Under the pieces are notes generated by a model. The model made no database searches. It had not been told where the DNA came from and saw only the letters and a list, made by a program, of their open reading frames with translations. Shown here piece by piece: positions 10,156 to 19,773 of a DNA stretch of 64,000 bases. Source of the stretch: Terriglobia bacterium (GTDB lineage: Bacteria; Acidobacteriota; Terriglobia; 20CM-2-55-15); assembly GCA_963664115.2 (NCBI GenBank), contig CAXWPJ010000012.1:384001-448000 (forward strand), written 5' to 3'. The first letter of the stretch is position 1, and each line of letters opens with the position of its first letter. Position numbers and translations under genes: made by a program.

Positions 10156-11370
10156 TTAAGGCGTCGGGACGAATTTTTGGATTCGCGTGTTGGGAGCCAC
10201 CTCGGTGACATACAAGTTTCCCTGCGAATCGAATGCCATATATTCGATCTGGTCGAACTGGCCGGCCTGATGCCCTTTGTGGCCGATCGAGCCGACTTCC
10301 GTGCCATCTTCGCGGTTAAGAATCCAGATCTTACCGTTGGCCGCGTCGGCAACGAAGAGATATCGTTGCTCCGGATCTGGAGAAAACGCCGTGGACCATG
10401 CCGTGCCGTTCCCCAGTGTCTCGGGACGAATGAGAAACTCCTCGACGAACATGCCTTCTTTGGTAAACACCTGAACCCGGTTCCCTCCGCGGTCGCTCAC
10501 GTAGACGAATCCGTCAACCGAAATATCGACGTTCATGACCGGACCTCGGAACTGCCGCGCCGGAACTGCCGGATCATAGGGCGGGGATGGGCCATTGTCG
10601 ATCTCACTCAAGGGGATCCCGTAGGCGCCCCAGCCGCGCTTGAATGCTCCCGTGTTCGAGTCGTACACAACGACCCTCCGGTTCATGTAGCCGTCGGCGA
10701 CATAGAGTTCACCGGCTTCGTCGTCGACGAAGATCTCGGAAGGCGCACCCAGCATCGTCGTGTCCTGGTTATTGACGGGATCGTTTGAAGGTTGGCCTAT
10801 CGTCAGGAGAAGTTCCTTGTCTGGAGAAAATTTCAGAACGTGACGATCGCTGTGCAAGATGGCCGGCGGTGGAATCGGGGCTGTGAGCAGTCCGTTATTG
10901 GGGCCGAATCGGTAGTTGCCTCCGAGCCAGAAGTTCCCGGCTGCATCGATGAAAAGACCATGCTCAAGAGTCGGCCAGTTGGGCACGTACTCCGGCCCGC
11001 CCCAGGAGCTGAGCAGGTTGCCCTCGCTATCGAATTCCACCACGGACGGTGCCGGAATACAGCATTCGCTGATCGGGGGTGTCTGTGCTGCTCCGGCGTC
11101 CGCCATCGAGACCTGCCTCGGCCGATTGATAATCCATATATGATCGTCTGCGTCCACATGAAGTCCGGTGCTGTTCCAGAGAATCCAGTTATTGGGCAAT
11201 TCCTTAGGCCAGGACGCATCCACCTGGTAACTCAGCACATCGGGTTCTGCGGTCTCGGCGGCTGTTTCTTCCACGGGTGCCGTGGCGCAGGCGGACACAA
11301 CAAGAAAACAAAAGACGATGACCCCGGGAAACGCGCTTATCTTCATTGTGAACGTTGTTGAAACAGGCAT
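10156..11370 (-). CDS. NHL-repeat beta-propeller lipoprotein (PAL-like)
   Basis: Lipobox VSAC, YVADGYMNRRVVVYD, YVSDRGGNRVQVF, RIQKF. Confidence 0.85.
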   Translation of the reverse strand: MPVSTTFTMKISAFPGVIVFCFLVVSACATAPVEETAAETAEPDVLSYQVDASWPKELPNNWILWNSTGLHVDADDHIWIINRPRQVSMADAGAAQTPPISECCIPAPSVVEFDSEGNLLSSWGGPEYVPNWPTLEHGLFIDAAGNFWLGGNYRFGPNNGLLTAPIPPPAILHSDRHVLKFSPDKELLLTIGQPSNDPVNNQDTTMLGAPSEIFVDDEAGELYVADGYMNRRVVVYDSNTGAFKRGWGAYGIPLSEIDNGPSPPYDPAVPARQFRGPVMNVDISVDGFVYVSDRGGNRVQVFTKEGMFVEEFLIRPETLGNGTAWSTAFSPDPEQRYLFVADAANGKIWILNREDGTEVGSIGHKGHQAGQFDQIEYMAFDSQGNLYVTEVAPNTRIQKFVPTP

Positions 11371-11489
11371 TCGATTGTCCTCCACCGAAATCAGACTCAG
11401 TATCGTTAATGTCTGGAATGCCCGTCAGGATACGCCCAACAAGCGGAGGCTGCAAGATTATTACCGGCACTTGATCGTCGACTCATTGC

Positions 11490-11509
11490 GCCCCACACAG
11501 ATGTGGGGC
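11490..11509 (-). terminator. Hairpin immediately after the DUF5916 gene
   Basis: GCCCCACA-caga-TGTGGGGC; no strong U tract. Confidence 0.4.
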
Positions 11510-11511
11510 AC

Positions 11512-13728
11512 TCAGAATCGATGCGTGTATGAAAGCTTCGCAACCCCCTGGCGGTCGAGAGTGCGCAGTTCGAGAAAATCGTCCTCCCAGTTGTGCACAT
11601 AGACGAAAAAGAGGTCGTTGCCGGGCTGGAGGATCCAACGAAAGCGCGTCTGCCAGCCGAGAACCCGGCTGCGGGTGTCGTATTGAATATTGTTGTTCAG
11701 CGAGATCCAGGGGTTGAACTGGGTGTCGACGCTGGCTCGAACGACGCTGGTCGTAAAGCGGCCTTCGTCCAGGTCGACGCGATTCCATTCGCCGGTCAGG
11801 CCCAGCAGCACGCCGTTGCGGGGACGCAGGTCCAAACCTGCCGTGAACTCGCGACGGTTTCCGGAAAAGAAACTGCCGACCTCGTATGTCGAGTTGAACG
11901 CAATCGGTCGTTGGCTGGCGGTGCGAAGATCGAATACGTATCGGGTGAAGTGATAGGCCGCGCCTTTGGGGAGGACGATGTCGGGATGGATTTCGAAATC
12001 GTTCGCAAGCCGCTCGAAGCTCGGATGGATGTTGACACGGAAACTGTCACCCGAATGCAGTTCGATGGAAAACGCCGAGACGTTCTGCAAATAGGAAAGA
12101 AGCTCGTTCTCGAAGCTTGAGATCCATTCTCCATCCCAGCCGAAACGGAAGCGCCGGATCCAGGGGTGCCCGGTCGGACGCGGCGCGTAAGTCAGTCCCG
12201 GACTAAAGCGGCGCATGTTCACCCGTGGTATAAAACCGACGGCAGGGTCGTGGTCTTCACCAAACTCCCTGTAAGAGACTATGGAGCTCCAGGGGTCGTT
12301 GGGGTAGGCCAGCCGCACTCCAAACGCATGTCCTCCAAGGTGGCCCCGCGGACGACCCGGGTTGTTGTTCCAGGCCCAGTAACCCCAGAGGTTGAGGTTG
12401 TCGGAACCGCGAAACTCGGATGTGTTCAGCGCAAAATCGAGGCCTACGGTATGCCGGTCCGCTTGATCGCCTTCCCGCTCCGAACGCCGGGTGTAAATCA
12501 TGCCGACATAGCTCTGGGTGAATACCTGCCGGCGGGTCCGCAACACAGTGAAATCCGCGCCGGCAACACCCGGCTCTGTTGCGGTTTGCATCTGCAGGAA
12601 CCCGATATCATTGGATCCTACCTGGCCGGTCAACTTGGCGCCGAAGTTGATCGCTTGAGGTGCGCCCGCGTCGGTGCGACCGATTCTGCGGCTGAAAAAT
12701 GATTCCAGACGCCCCACGGCAAAGTCGAAAAAGCTGGCGCCTTCGAGAAAAAAATCGCGTTGCTCCGGGAAACGCAGCGGAAACCGCGTCAGGTTGACGC
12801 GACGCCGGTCCACTTCGGTTTCGGCGAAGTCCGTGTTTATGGTGAAGTTCGCCCGCAGGCTGGGGGTCAGGTTGTAGAAGAAATCCGCGCCCACGTCGGT
12901 GTTCCCCTTCGTAGCCGGAAGCCCGCGACCCGGCGACTGGCTCAATCCGGAGACAATATAAGGTCTGACGTCCAGGCCAACACCCTGGCTGATCTCCCTC
13001 AGGCCCTCCAGCCGACCCGCGTTCGACATGCGAGTCAGGCTCTGGTTGCGGGCATAACCCATCCACAGGCTTTCTTCGTTCTTGCGCCGGACGGTGCGCT
13101 GAAAATTGATGCCCCAGGCCGCGGCGTTGGGGTTGAAGTTGAGCGTGCGGAACGGTATTTCGATTTCAATAGTCCATCCGATCTCGCTCTGCTCGACCCG
13201 CGCATTCCATATGCCGTCCCAGGATCGGTTCACACTGATATTTGTTCCACCGGCCACAGGATTAACCAGACCGTCTCCCATGGCGCCGGATGGATTGATC
13301 TCGAAGTAGTAACCGCTGCGACCGTCCAGGTAGGGATCGATGACAAACATGAAACGATCGTCCCCGGCAAATGCCGCATCCCGCATCATCTGGTTTCCGA
13401 GAAGGCCGTCCGGATCGGAGTCGTAACAGATGACGCTGACAAAAATGCGGTTGCGATCGTAAACGACACGGACTTCGGTTTGTTCCGTCGCCGGCTCTCC
13501 GTTGAGAGGATCCAGCTGTATGAAATCTGTGGCGGGAACAGCCCGCCCCCAGGCCGCTTCTTCCAATTCCCCGTCCAGAGTGATGGACTCCGTCTCTGTC
13601 AGGCGAACCGCGGTGAAGGTCCGTTGTTCAAGGGAGGTTTCCTGAACGCGCTCCATGCCCAATGCCATGGCTGTTGACGATAATCCTGCAACAACTGACA
13701 TGAGCAGCCGAACGCGGAAGTCTCTCAT
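11512..13728 (-). CDS. CBM9-like + DUF5916 outer-membrane protein
   Basis: LDGELEEAAW, WTIEIEIPFRTL, INTDFAETEVD..VNLTRFPLRFPEQRDFFLEG, C-terminal Phe of a beta-barrel. Confidence 0.85.
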   Translation of the reverse strand: MRDFRVRLLMSVVAGLSSTAMALGMERVQETSLEQRTFTAVRLTETESITLDGELEEAAWGRAVPATDFIQLDPLNGEPATEQTEVRVVYDRNRIFVSVICYDSDPDGLLGNQMMRDAAFAGDDRFMFVIDPYLDGRSGYYFEINPSGAMGDGLVNPVAGGTNISVNRSWDGIWNARVEQSEIGWTIEIEIPFRTLNFNPNAAAWGINFQRTVRRKNEESLWMGYARNQSLTRMSNAGRLEGLREISQGVGLDVRPYIVSGLSQSPGRGLPATKGNTDVGADFFYNLTPSLRANFTINTDFAETEVDRRRVNLTRFPLRFPEQRDFFLEGASFFDFAVGRLESFFSRRIGRTDAGAPQAINFGAKLTGQVGSNDIGFLQMQTATEPGVAGADFTVLRTRRQVFTQSYVGMIYTRRSEREGDQADRHTVGLDFALNTSEFRGSDNLNLWGYWAWNNNPGRPRGHLGGHAFGVRLAYPNDPWSSIVSYREFGEDHDPAVGFIPRVNMRRFSPGLTYAPRPTGHPWIRRFRFGWDGEWISSFENELLSYLQNVSAFSIELHSGDSFRVNIHPSFERLANDFEIHPDIVLPKGAAYHFTRYVFDLRTASQRPIAFNSTYEVGSFFSGNRREFTAGLDLRPRNGVLLGLTGEWNRVDLDEGRFTTSVVRASVDTQFNPWISLNNNIQYDTRSRVLGWQTRFRWILQPGNDLFFVYVHNWEDDFLELRTLDRQGVAKLSYTHRF

Positions 13729-13809
13729 TCCCACGAGTATCCCGTAAAATGAGGTTCAAGCGCCAGCGCACGGAGGTATCCCCACCGCGGTGCGGATGGG
13801 TGCACTCGA

Positions 13810-13843
13810 GCAAGAAAGCCCCAAGGCTTGGAGGCCTTCTTGC
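13810..13843. repeat. Imperfect palindrome (terminator- or REP-like)
   Basis: GCAAGAAAGCCCCAAGGCTTGGAGGCCTTCTTGC. Confidence 0.4.
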
Positions 13844-14058
13844 GAGCCTGCGGCGGTCACCGGGTCCGGGTCAACCGGGACAGTCCTCGGTACCGTCGAC
13901 CGTGTTTAAGTTGAAATTGCCGACGACGCCATCGGTATCTATTTGGCAGGTGAGCGGTGCGTTGTATCTCCGGGCATCCCTTCTTCTATATCAGTTTTCT
14001 AGATTAAGGCGCGAGATCCGATCGTCGCCCACACACCCGCCGCGTTCATAGCTTACCC

Positions 14059-15831
14059 TCACGGCGCTTCCGGCAGGGCAAAGGCATAAATTTCGTTATG
14101 ACCGCGAACCGTCTCCACGCCGGCCAGCTCTGCCGGCCCTCGCGTCCCGGAGGCGCCATCCCCCGTCAGGACGGCGACATATTGACGACCGTCCACGGCA
14201 TACGTGATCGTGCTGGTTTGGATAATGCCCCCGAGCACGGCTTCCCAAAGGATTTCGCCGTTGTCTGAATCGAAAGCGCGGAACCGTCGCGCCAGATCGC
14301 CCCAGAAAAGAAGGTCACCGCCCGTGACCAGAGCTGAACCATTGCCGGGAACCGGCTGCGTGTAGATCCGCTCCATTTCGCCCGTAGCAAGATCCACTTT
14401 GGCCATTCCCATAAATTCATCCGGATTGGAACCGGGTCGGACAACGCCGACCCTGGGGCCCCAACCACTTGGGTTATCCGCATTCGCTGTCATGTCCAGG
14501 CAGGAATCGTGAAACGGAATATAAAGCGCGTTTCTGCCGGGGTCATAGGCCGTGGACCAGTAACTTCTGGTGTTGTGGAAGCAGGTGAGGTGTCTTTCTC
14601 CATCCTCGAGGAACACATTGTCCCAATTGATGTGGGTGCGACCCGTTTCAACGTCGATATCGGAAATATTAAATTCTGGCACGTCGTAGGGGAACGGCAT
14701 GGCCCAGAGAAACTCGCCCGTCGCGCGGTCGATGATCCAAATGCCTCCACCCTCTCCAACGGCTACGACGGCATCCCGCTCTTCGCCTCGTGGTATCCCC
14801 GGGTTGATCCATTTCACGGCTGCGGGGTCGGGATCGAAGCGCGTCGTGATCAACGTGCGCTCGTGCAAATGGTCGGCGTCCCAGTCGTCGCCCGGAAGAT
14901 GCTGGTAATACCAGGCCAGCTCGCCGGTCTCGACGTCAATTGCCACCGTTGAATTACTGTAAAGATCGGCGGGCGCTGTCCGTGGCGTCCCGTCCGCGCT
15001 GCCATGGCGGGTCAACCGTGTATAAGGTTTCGGATTCGCAATTCCCCAAAAGGTGAGCTTTCTCTCCGGATCGTAAGACCCGGGCAGTCCCCAGGAACTC
15101 GCGACGCGGTCTTCGACGGGAACCTCACCCCAGGAGTCGCCACCGGGCGTTCCCGGCGCGGCCGTGTTGTAGAACTTCCAAACTTCTTCTCCGGTCAGTG
15201 CGTCATGCGCGACGATGAAGCAGCCGCCGCGCTCGGAACATGTGCGATTCGTAATCACCTTCCCGTCAGCAACGAGGACACCCCCGGTATGTCGCGTATT
15301 GCTGTCCAGCTCAAAAACCTGGGTTTCCCAGCGCACCTGGCCTGTGCGCACATCGAGCGCCACCAAATACCCGTCCGGTGCAGGATAGAAAACCAGATCG
15401 CTGTAGATGGCGATATTCTTCGTCCGAACGTTGACATAGTCCACAGCTTCGTCGGGCACTTCGCGCCAATATTCCCAGATTAGATCACCGCTCGTGGCAT
15501 CAAGCGCAAGGATTCCCGCGCCCGGGGCAACCAGATACATGATCCCGTCATAGACGATGGGCGTTGTTTCCTGCGCGCCACGGGGCAAGCCCCGCGACCA
15601 GGCCATGGCGAGTTGACCGACATTGTCCCGATTGATCTCGTCGAGCGGACTGAAGCGTTGCTCGTCAAAAGTGCGGTTGATCATCAGCCAGTCGGCCGGG
15701 TCGGGATTCAGAAGCATTGCATCGGTAACGGGCGTGTATTCGGGTTCTTGCGCGAATACCGGATACGCGATCAGGTTCAACAATACCGCAGCGCTTATTA
15801 GAACTGCCGCCCACTCCGCTTTAGTCTTCAT
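14059..15831 (-). CDS. Periplasmic PQQ-dependent dehydrogenase (alcohol DH-like beta-propeller)
   Basis: DWLMINRTFDEQRFSPLDEIN..NV, ETTPIVYDGIMY, tryptophan-docking repeats ALDATSGDLIW, ITYAVDGRQYVAV. Confidence 0.9.
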   Translation of the reverse strand: MKTKAEWAAVLISAAVLLNLIAYPVFAQEPEYTPVTDAMLLNPDPADWLMINRTFDEQRFSPLDEINRDNVGQLAMAWSRGLPRGAQETTPIVYDGIMYLVAPGAGILALDATSGDLIWEYWREVPDEAVDYVNVRTKNIAIYSDLVFYPAPDGYLVALDVRTGQVRWETQVFELDSNTRHTGGVLVADGKVITNRTCSERGGCFIVAHDALTGEEVWKFYNTAAPGTPGGDSWGEVPVEDRVASSWGLPGSYDPERKLTFWGIANPKPYTRLTRHGSADGTPRTAPADLYSNSTVAIDVETGELAWYYQHLPGDDWDADHLHERTLITTRFDPDPAAVKWINPGIPRGEERDAVVAVGEGGGIWIIDRATGEFLWAMPFPYDVPEFNISDIDVETGRTHINWDNVFLEDGERHLTCFHNTRSYWSTAYDPGRNALYIPFHDSCLDMTANADNPSGWGPRVGVVRPGSNPDEFMGMAKVDLATGEMERIYTQPVPGNGSALVTGGDLLFWGDLARRFRAFDSDNGEILWEAVLGGIIQTSTITYAVDGRQYVAVLTGDGASGTRGPAELAGVETVRGHNEIYAFALPEAP

Positions 15832-16202
15832 TACGATTCCTCCGGGGTCTTTCGACAGCTGTCGGACCGGGTCGAACACAGTGTTTTCAGCGTGACATGG
15901 GATGTCTATTCTCAAGCCCATGCGCGTGGATTCTGCACCCGAGATGAATTTGTATCGGGAGTATATCGCTGCATCTCGGCACAAACTACCCAAACATTTG
16001 CGAACGGATGTTGGAGATTCAGAGAGAAGCCTGTCAAACAGCCACCTGCTCCTTTCCTGGTGCAAGCGCGCCGGACCAAGAAAGAGGACTCGATGATTCG
16101 TTTCACGCTCTGCCAGGCCGTGATAAGCTCGCTCATGCTGGGACGTGTCGATAAGAAGAGCTGAACCGCAGAAAGCGATCCGGGAAATCCGGGAGGTCAG
16201 TG

Positions 16203-16604
16203 ATGCGATGGGTTCTACTGCTGGTATTAGGTTTCGGGGCGTGGGCTCCGTTTGCGTACCCGCACCACTCTATTGCCGGCATGTATAACACGCGCGAAGA
16301 GGTCACGATCGAGGGGATCGTCGCCGAACTCCGATTCCGTAATCCACACCCGTTCCTGATCGTCAACGTCGGAGGTGCAGGTAGCCGGACGCAGTGGATA
16401 CTCGAGATGGATAATCGCCGAGAGATGGCCAGAATCGGTATGACGGACGAAACCTTGAGGCCCGGCGACCGCGTCATCGTCTCCGGCAACCCGTCCCACG
16501 ATGTGTCGCAGCGCATCTACATCCGCAAGCTTGACCGTCCTGCAGACGGCTTTGGATACGAACAGGTCGGCAACAGCCCCCGGATAAACACACGTTCCCG
16601 CTAA
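16203..16604 (+). CDS. DUF6152-like secreted protein (His-His N-terminus)
   Basis: Signal peptide then HHS; NPH; W.LE; LRPGD.V.V.G. Confidence 0.85.
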   Translation: MRWVLLLVLGFGAWAPFAYPHHSIAGMYNTREEVTIEGIVAELRFRNPHPFLIVNVGGAGSRTQWILEMDNRREMARIGMTDETLRPGDRVIVSGNPSHDVSQRIYIRKLDRPADGFGYEQVGNSPRINTRSR

Positions 16605-16736
16605 TCTTCCCTGAATCTTCGTAACGCCAAGCCGCTTTTCTCGACAGCAGTCGCCGCAGAGCGGCGAAGCGAAACACAGGTCACGAGAACAGTCCAAACC
16701 AAGCGTTACCGGTGAACCCTTTGCGTCTCGATAGCA

Positions 16737-16765
16737 TTGACAATCGCAGTCGTCAAAACTAGACT
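16737..16765 (+). promoter_or_regulatory. sigma70-type promoter of the DUF6152/partner operon (copy 1)
   Basis: TTGACA-17 nt-TAGACT; identical hexamers upstream of the paralogous operon at 53609. Confidence 0.75.
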
Positions 16766-16956
16766 GCGGTAGAAGTCGATCACCTGAAGGCCGCCGACTG
16801 CCACTGTTACCGTAGGGCATGGGTGCGGTGCTCCCGAAAGGGGAAGCCTTGGCAGAGGTGGCGGCAAGACAATAAAGCACGCCGACTGGGGGTCCACACG
16901 GGTGAACTTCCACACGATTCGAATCCCTGTTCCGGCGTCGCTCAGGAGGGATCTAC

Positions 16957-17340
16957 ATGTTCCGAATCTTACAGCTTCTTCTGGTTTTCGGTTTTTGCTT
17001 CACAGCCTTTGCTGTGGCGCACCACTCTACGGCGGCGGTGTACTTCATGGACGACGAGCCCATCACACTGAAGGGAACCGTGACAAAAGTGGAGTGGCAG
17101 AATCCACATATATGGGCCTACATTGATGTGACCGATGAGACCGGGAACGTCACGAACTGGGAAGTGGAAATTCAAACCAATCCGGCCAGAATGTACAGGG
17201 CAGGCTGGTCCAAGGATTCATTAAAGGTTGGCGATGCCGTGACCGTGGAAGGTCTTCTCCCGAGAAACGCCGCCTTGAACCGAGTATTGAACCGGTCCCT
17301 GATTTTGCCGGATGGCAGAGAGTTGGGCAGCCGGCAGTAG
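16957..17340 (+). CDS. DUF6152-like secreted protein
   Basis: AVA|HHS, WQNPHIW, NWEVE, LKVGD; RBS AGGAGG. Confidence 0.88.
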   Translation: MFRILQLLLVFGFCFTAFAVAHHSTAAVYFMDDEPITLKGTVTKVEWQNPHIWAYIDVTDETGNVTNWEVEIQTNPARMYRAGWSKDSLKVGDAVTVEGLLPRNAALNRVLNRSLILPDGRELGSRQ

Positions 17341-17428
17341 CCGAAACCTGACCCACACGGTAAGAACCTGATGAGGCTGCGGTCTATCCGCAGTGATTCG
17401 AGGGGAAGAATCCCCAGGAGGTATCGGC

Positions 17429-18205
17429 ATGAGAATTTGCATTCAGCTTTCAGAAAGACCGCTCATCCTGCAGCTGTGTCTTGTGATTCTGGTCGGCACG
17501 GTGATGCTTGCCCCCGTCCCTGCTGCTGCGCAAGATTGGAATCCCGAGGATCTAGGAGGGATCTGGCGGACTTCCATACGGGACATCACACTGGGGATGC
17601 TGCCCGGCGAGGAGATCTCCTTTACTCCCTACGGCGCACAACAGCATAAGGCCTTCGATTTGCAGGTATATTCCAGGAGGGGATGCGAGATTAAGGGCGC
17701 TACGCGACAGCTGCTTTCGAACAGCCTCTCGATGTTCGTTCAGGCCCCCAGCCTTCAGATGATGGTGATATTACACGAGGACCACAACCGTTTTCGGGCA
17801 GTTTACATGGACGGCCGTGATCATCCCGAAGAAGTTTATGACATCCCGGAGCCCTTCGGACATTCGATTGGGCACTGGGAGGACGACACGCTCGTCGTGG
17901 ATTCGATTGGCTTCCGTGACACGACCTATTTGGACACGAACGGTCTCGGTCACAGTGCGCAACTGCATCTCACCGAAAGGTACCGGAGGACTGGGCCGGA
18001 CACGATCGAGTGGACCACCACGGTTGAGGATTCGCTCTTTTACACGCATCCCTTTACTTTTCGAAGCATCTTCACCCGCCAAACCGGTTTGCGGTTGATG
18101 ATGTATGACTGCGAAAACGAAAGAGATATCGAGCACCTGGAGTCCATAATTCGAGGTGATAACGAGATTCACCGGAATCCTGAAGTTTTTGTATTCCCCG
18201 AGTGA
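17429..18205 (+). CDS. Secreted hypothetical protein, DUF6152-partner family
   Basis: RAVYMDGRDHP, GHSIGHWEDDTLVVDSIGF, HSAQLHLTERY, C-terminal YDCEN. Confidence 0.82.
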   Translation: MRICIQLSERPLILQLCLVILVGTVMLAPVPAAAQDWNPEDLGGIWRTSIRDITLGMLPGEEISFTPYGAQQHKAFDLQVYSRRGCEIKGATRQLLSNSLSMFVQAPSLQMMVILHEDHNRFRAVYMDGRDHPEEVYDIPEPFGHSIGHWEDDTLVVDSIGFRDTTYLDTNGLGHSAQLHLTERYRRTGPDTIEWTTTVEDSLFYTHPFTFRSIFTRQTGLRLMMYDCENERDIEHLESIIRGDNEIHRNPEVFVFPE

Positions 18206-18425
18206 GTTCTGGCCTCGAAGACGTTCACTGCCTTGAAAGCCATCGTCGGGCCAACTCGGCGATGGCGCTTTCGTCAACTTTCTAATCGTTTGTAGCCTCG
18301 AGCTTGATATACGCAGAGCCCGGCTGATGCTACCTCGGACGGCGTCCACAAATCGACGGAACAGCGCTTACCAATGCTCTGAGTGATTGGGACGCCGTAG
18401 TTTAAGCTCCTGCGCATCGAAAAAG

Positions 18426-18484
18426 CTACGGCACCGGCAACCGCGTTCTTTCAGTTCGTCAAACTCGTTCTTCAGAACGACGTC
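18426..18484 (-). pseudogene. Ser/Thr kinase-PD40 C-terminal tail remnant
   Basis: DVVLKNEFDELKER, frameshift, then LPVP*. Confidence 0.65.
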
Positions 18485-18634
18485 CCATCAGTCTGGTATT
18501 TGACAAGATACGCGTCGGGCTGGTCGGCCCGATAACGAAAAACCGACAGTTCTTCTCAGTTCATTACGGAAACTTCTGTGCGCGGGTATTATTTTCTGGC
18601 ACTATTGCGCGAGGTGAGAACCTTGGGAGGACAC

Positions 18635-19255
18635 GTGGCTTGGCTTAACAGACTCATTCCCGTAACAATCATTCTGTGTATTTCGCAGCCTGCTTTCGCG
18701 CAAAGCTGGATGACGCACGTCAGTCTGGAGGATCGCTTCAGCGTCAATCTTCCTGGTGAGCCTGAAGTAGAGGACCTCACCTACCCCTCGGAATATGGGG
18801 CCATATTCCCAGGACGGGTCTATATCTACGAGGATGGCTCAAACCGATATTCCGTCACCGTGATCGATTACACGGACGCGGAAAGAATACACGAGGAACG
18901 AACCAACAAAACCGAAGCCGACAGCCTGCCGATCTACTGGCAGATTGATGTGCGAGCATCTATCGCCTATGCAGCGTGGGGGTTCCGTCAAAGGGACGCC
19001 AAAGTCACCTATGATGCCTGGCACTACATAAACCTCATTGAAGGGCACCAGCTACAGCTTACGAATGCAGATCAATCCCGTACTTTCGCGGCGATTTATC
19101 TGCACGAAAGCCGTCTCTACATCCTGGAGGCCACCGTACCGCAGGGTGCGGCGCCGCCGGGACTGTTTCAGCAATCCCTAACTATCCTCGATGAAGAGGG
19201 CAACAGGGTGCGCTACGATTCGATCTACTCCAACCAGTTACCAACCGGACCCTGA
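18635..19255 (+). CDS. Secreted hypothetical protein
   Basis: GGAGG RBS before GTG, signal peptide AFAQ; directly upstream of a DUF6152-like gene. Confidence 0.75.
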   Translation: MAWLNRLIPVTIILCISQPAFAQSWMTHVSLEDRFSVNLPGEPEVEDLTYPSEYGAIFPGRVYIYEDGSNRYSVTVIDYTDAERIHEERTNKTEADSLPIYWQIDVRASIAYAAWGFRQRDAKVTYDAWHYINLIEGHQLQLTNADQSRTFAAIYLHESRLYILEATVPQGAAPPGLFQQSLTILDEEGNRVRYDSIYSNQLPTGP

Positions 19256-19273
19256 TGACGAGGAGGAAACGAT

Positions 19274-19645
19274 ATGCAGTACAAATCGTTAGGTCTTGCT
19301 GCCCTGTGTGTGGTTTTCCTGGCCGTACCGGCTCGGGCACACCATTCACACGGCAACTACCAGATGACGGAGTACACGATCTTAAACGGAATAGTGAAGG
19401 AAATTCACTGGATCACGCCGCATAGTTGGATCTACCTCGAAGTCATCGACGACGATGGTGAGCCCACAACGTGGGCGCTTGAAGGCGCCGGCGTGACTCA
19501 GCTCAGAAGGCTCGGATGGACAGAAGACAGCGTCAAAGTGGACGATCCCATCTCCGTGCGCTGCCACCAGCTCAGAGACGGCTCCAATGGCTGTCTTCTG
19601 GGATTTGTGACGCCGGAAGGCGGCGTCGAGAAAATGTTCGACTAG
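19274..19645 (+). CDS. DUF6152-like secreted protein
   Basis: ARA|HHSHG, WITPHSW, WALEG. Confidence 0.87.
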   Translation: MQYKSLGLAALCVVFLAVPARAHHSHGNYQMTEYTILNGIVKEIHWITPHSWIYLEVIDDDGEPTTWALEGAGVTQLRRLGWTEDSVKVDDPISVRCHQLRDGSNGCLLGFVTPEGGVEKMFD

Positions 19646-19684
19646 AATGATCGGCTAGGATGACCGGGGCGCCCTGCCTGACTC

Positions 19685-19729
19685 CTTTGCCTTCACATCT
19701 TCAAACGAATTCCGGACGATGTGTATCTG
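19685..19729 (-). pseudogene. Kinase-PD40 C-terminal tail remnant
   Basis: QIHIVRNSFEDVKAK just downstream of the NHL gene stop. Confidence 0.55.
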
Positions 19730-19773
19730 GGATGGTGGCAGTATCGCCCTCGGTTACAGTCGCTTCCGCTTGA

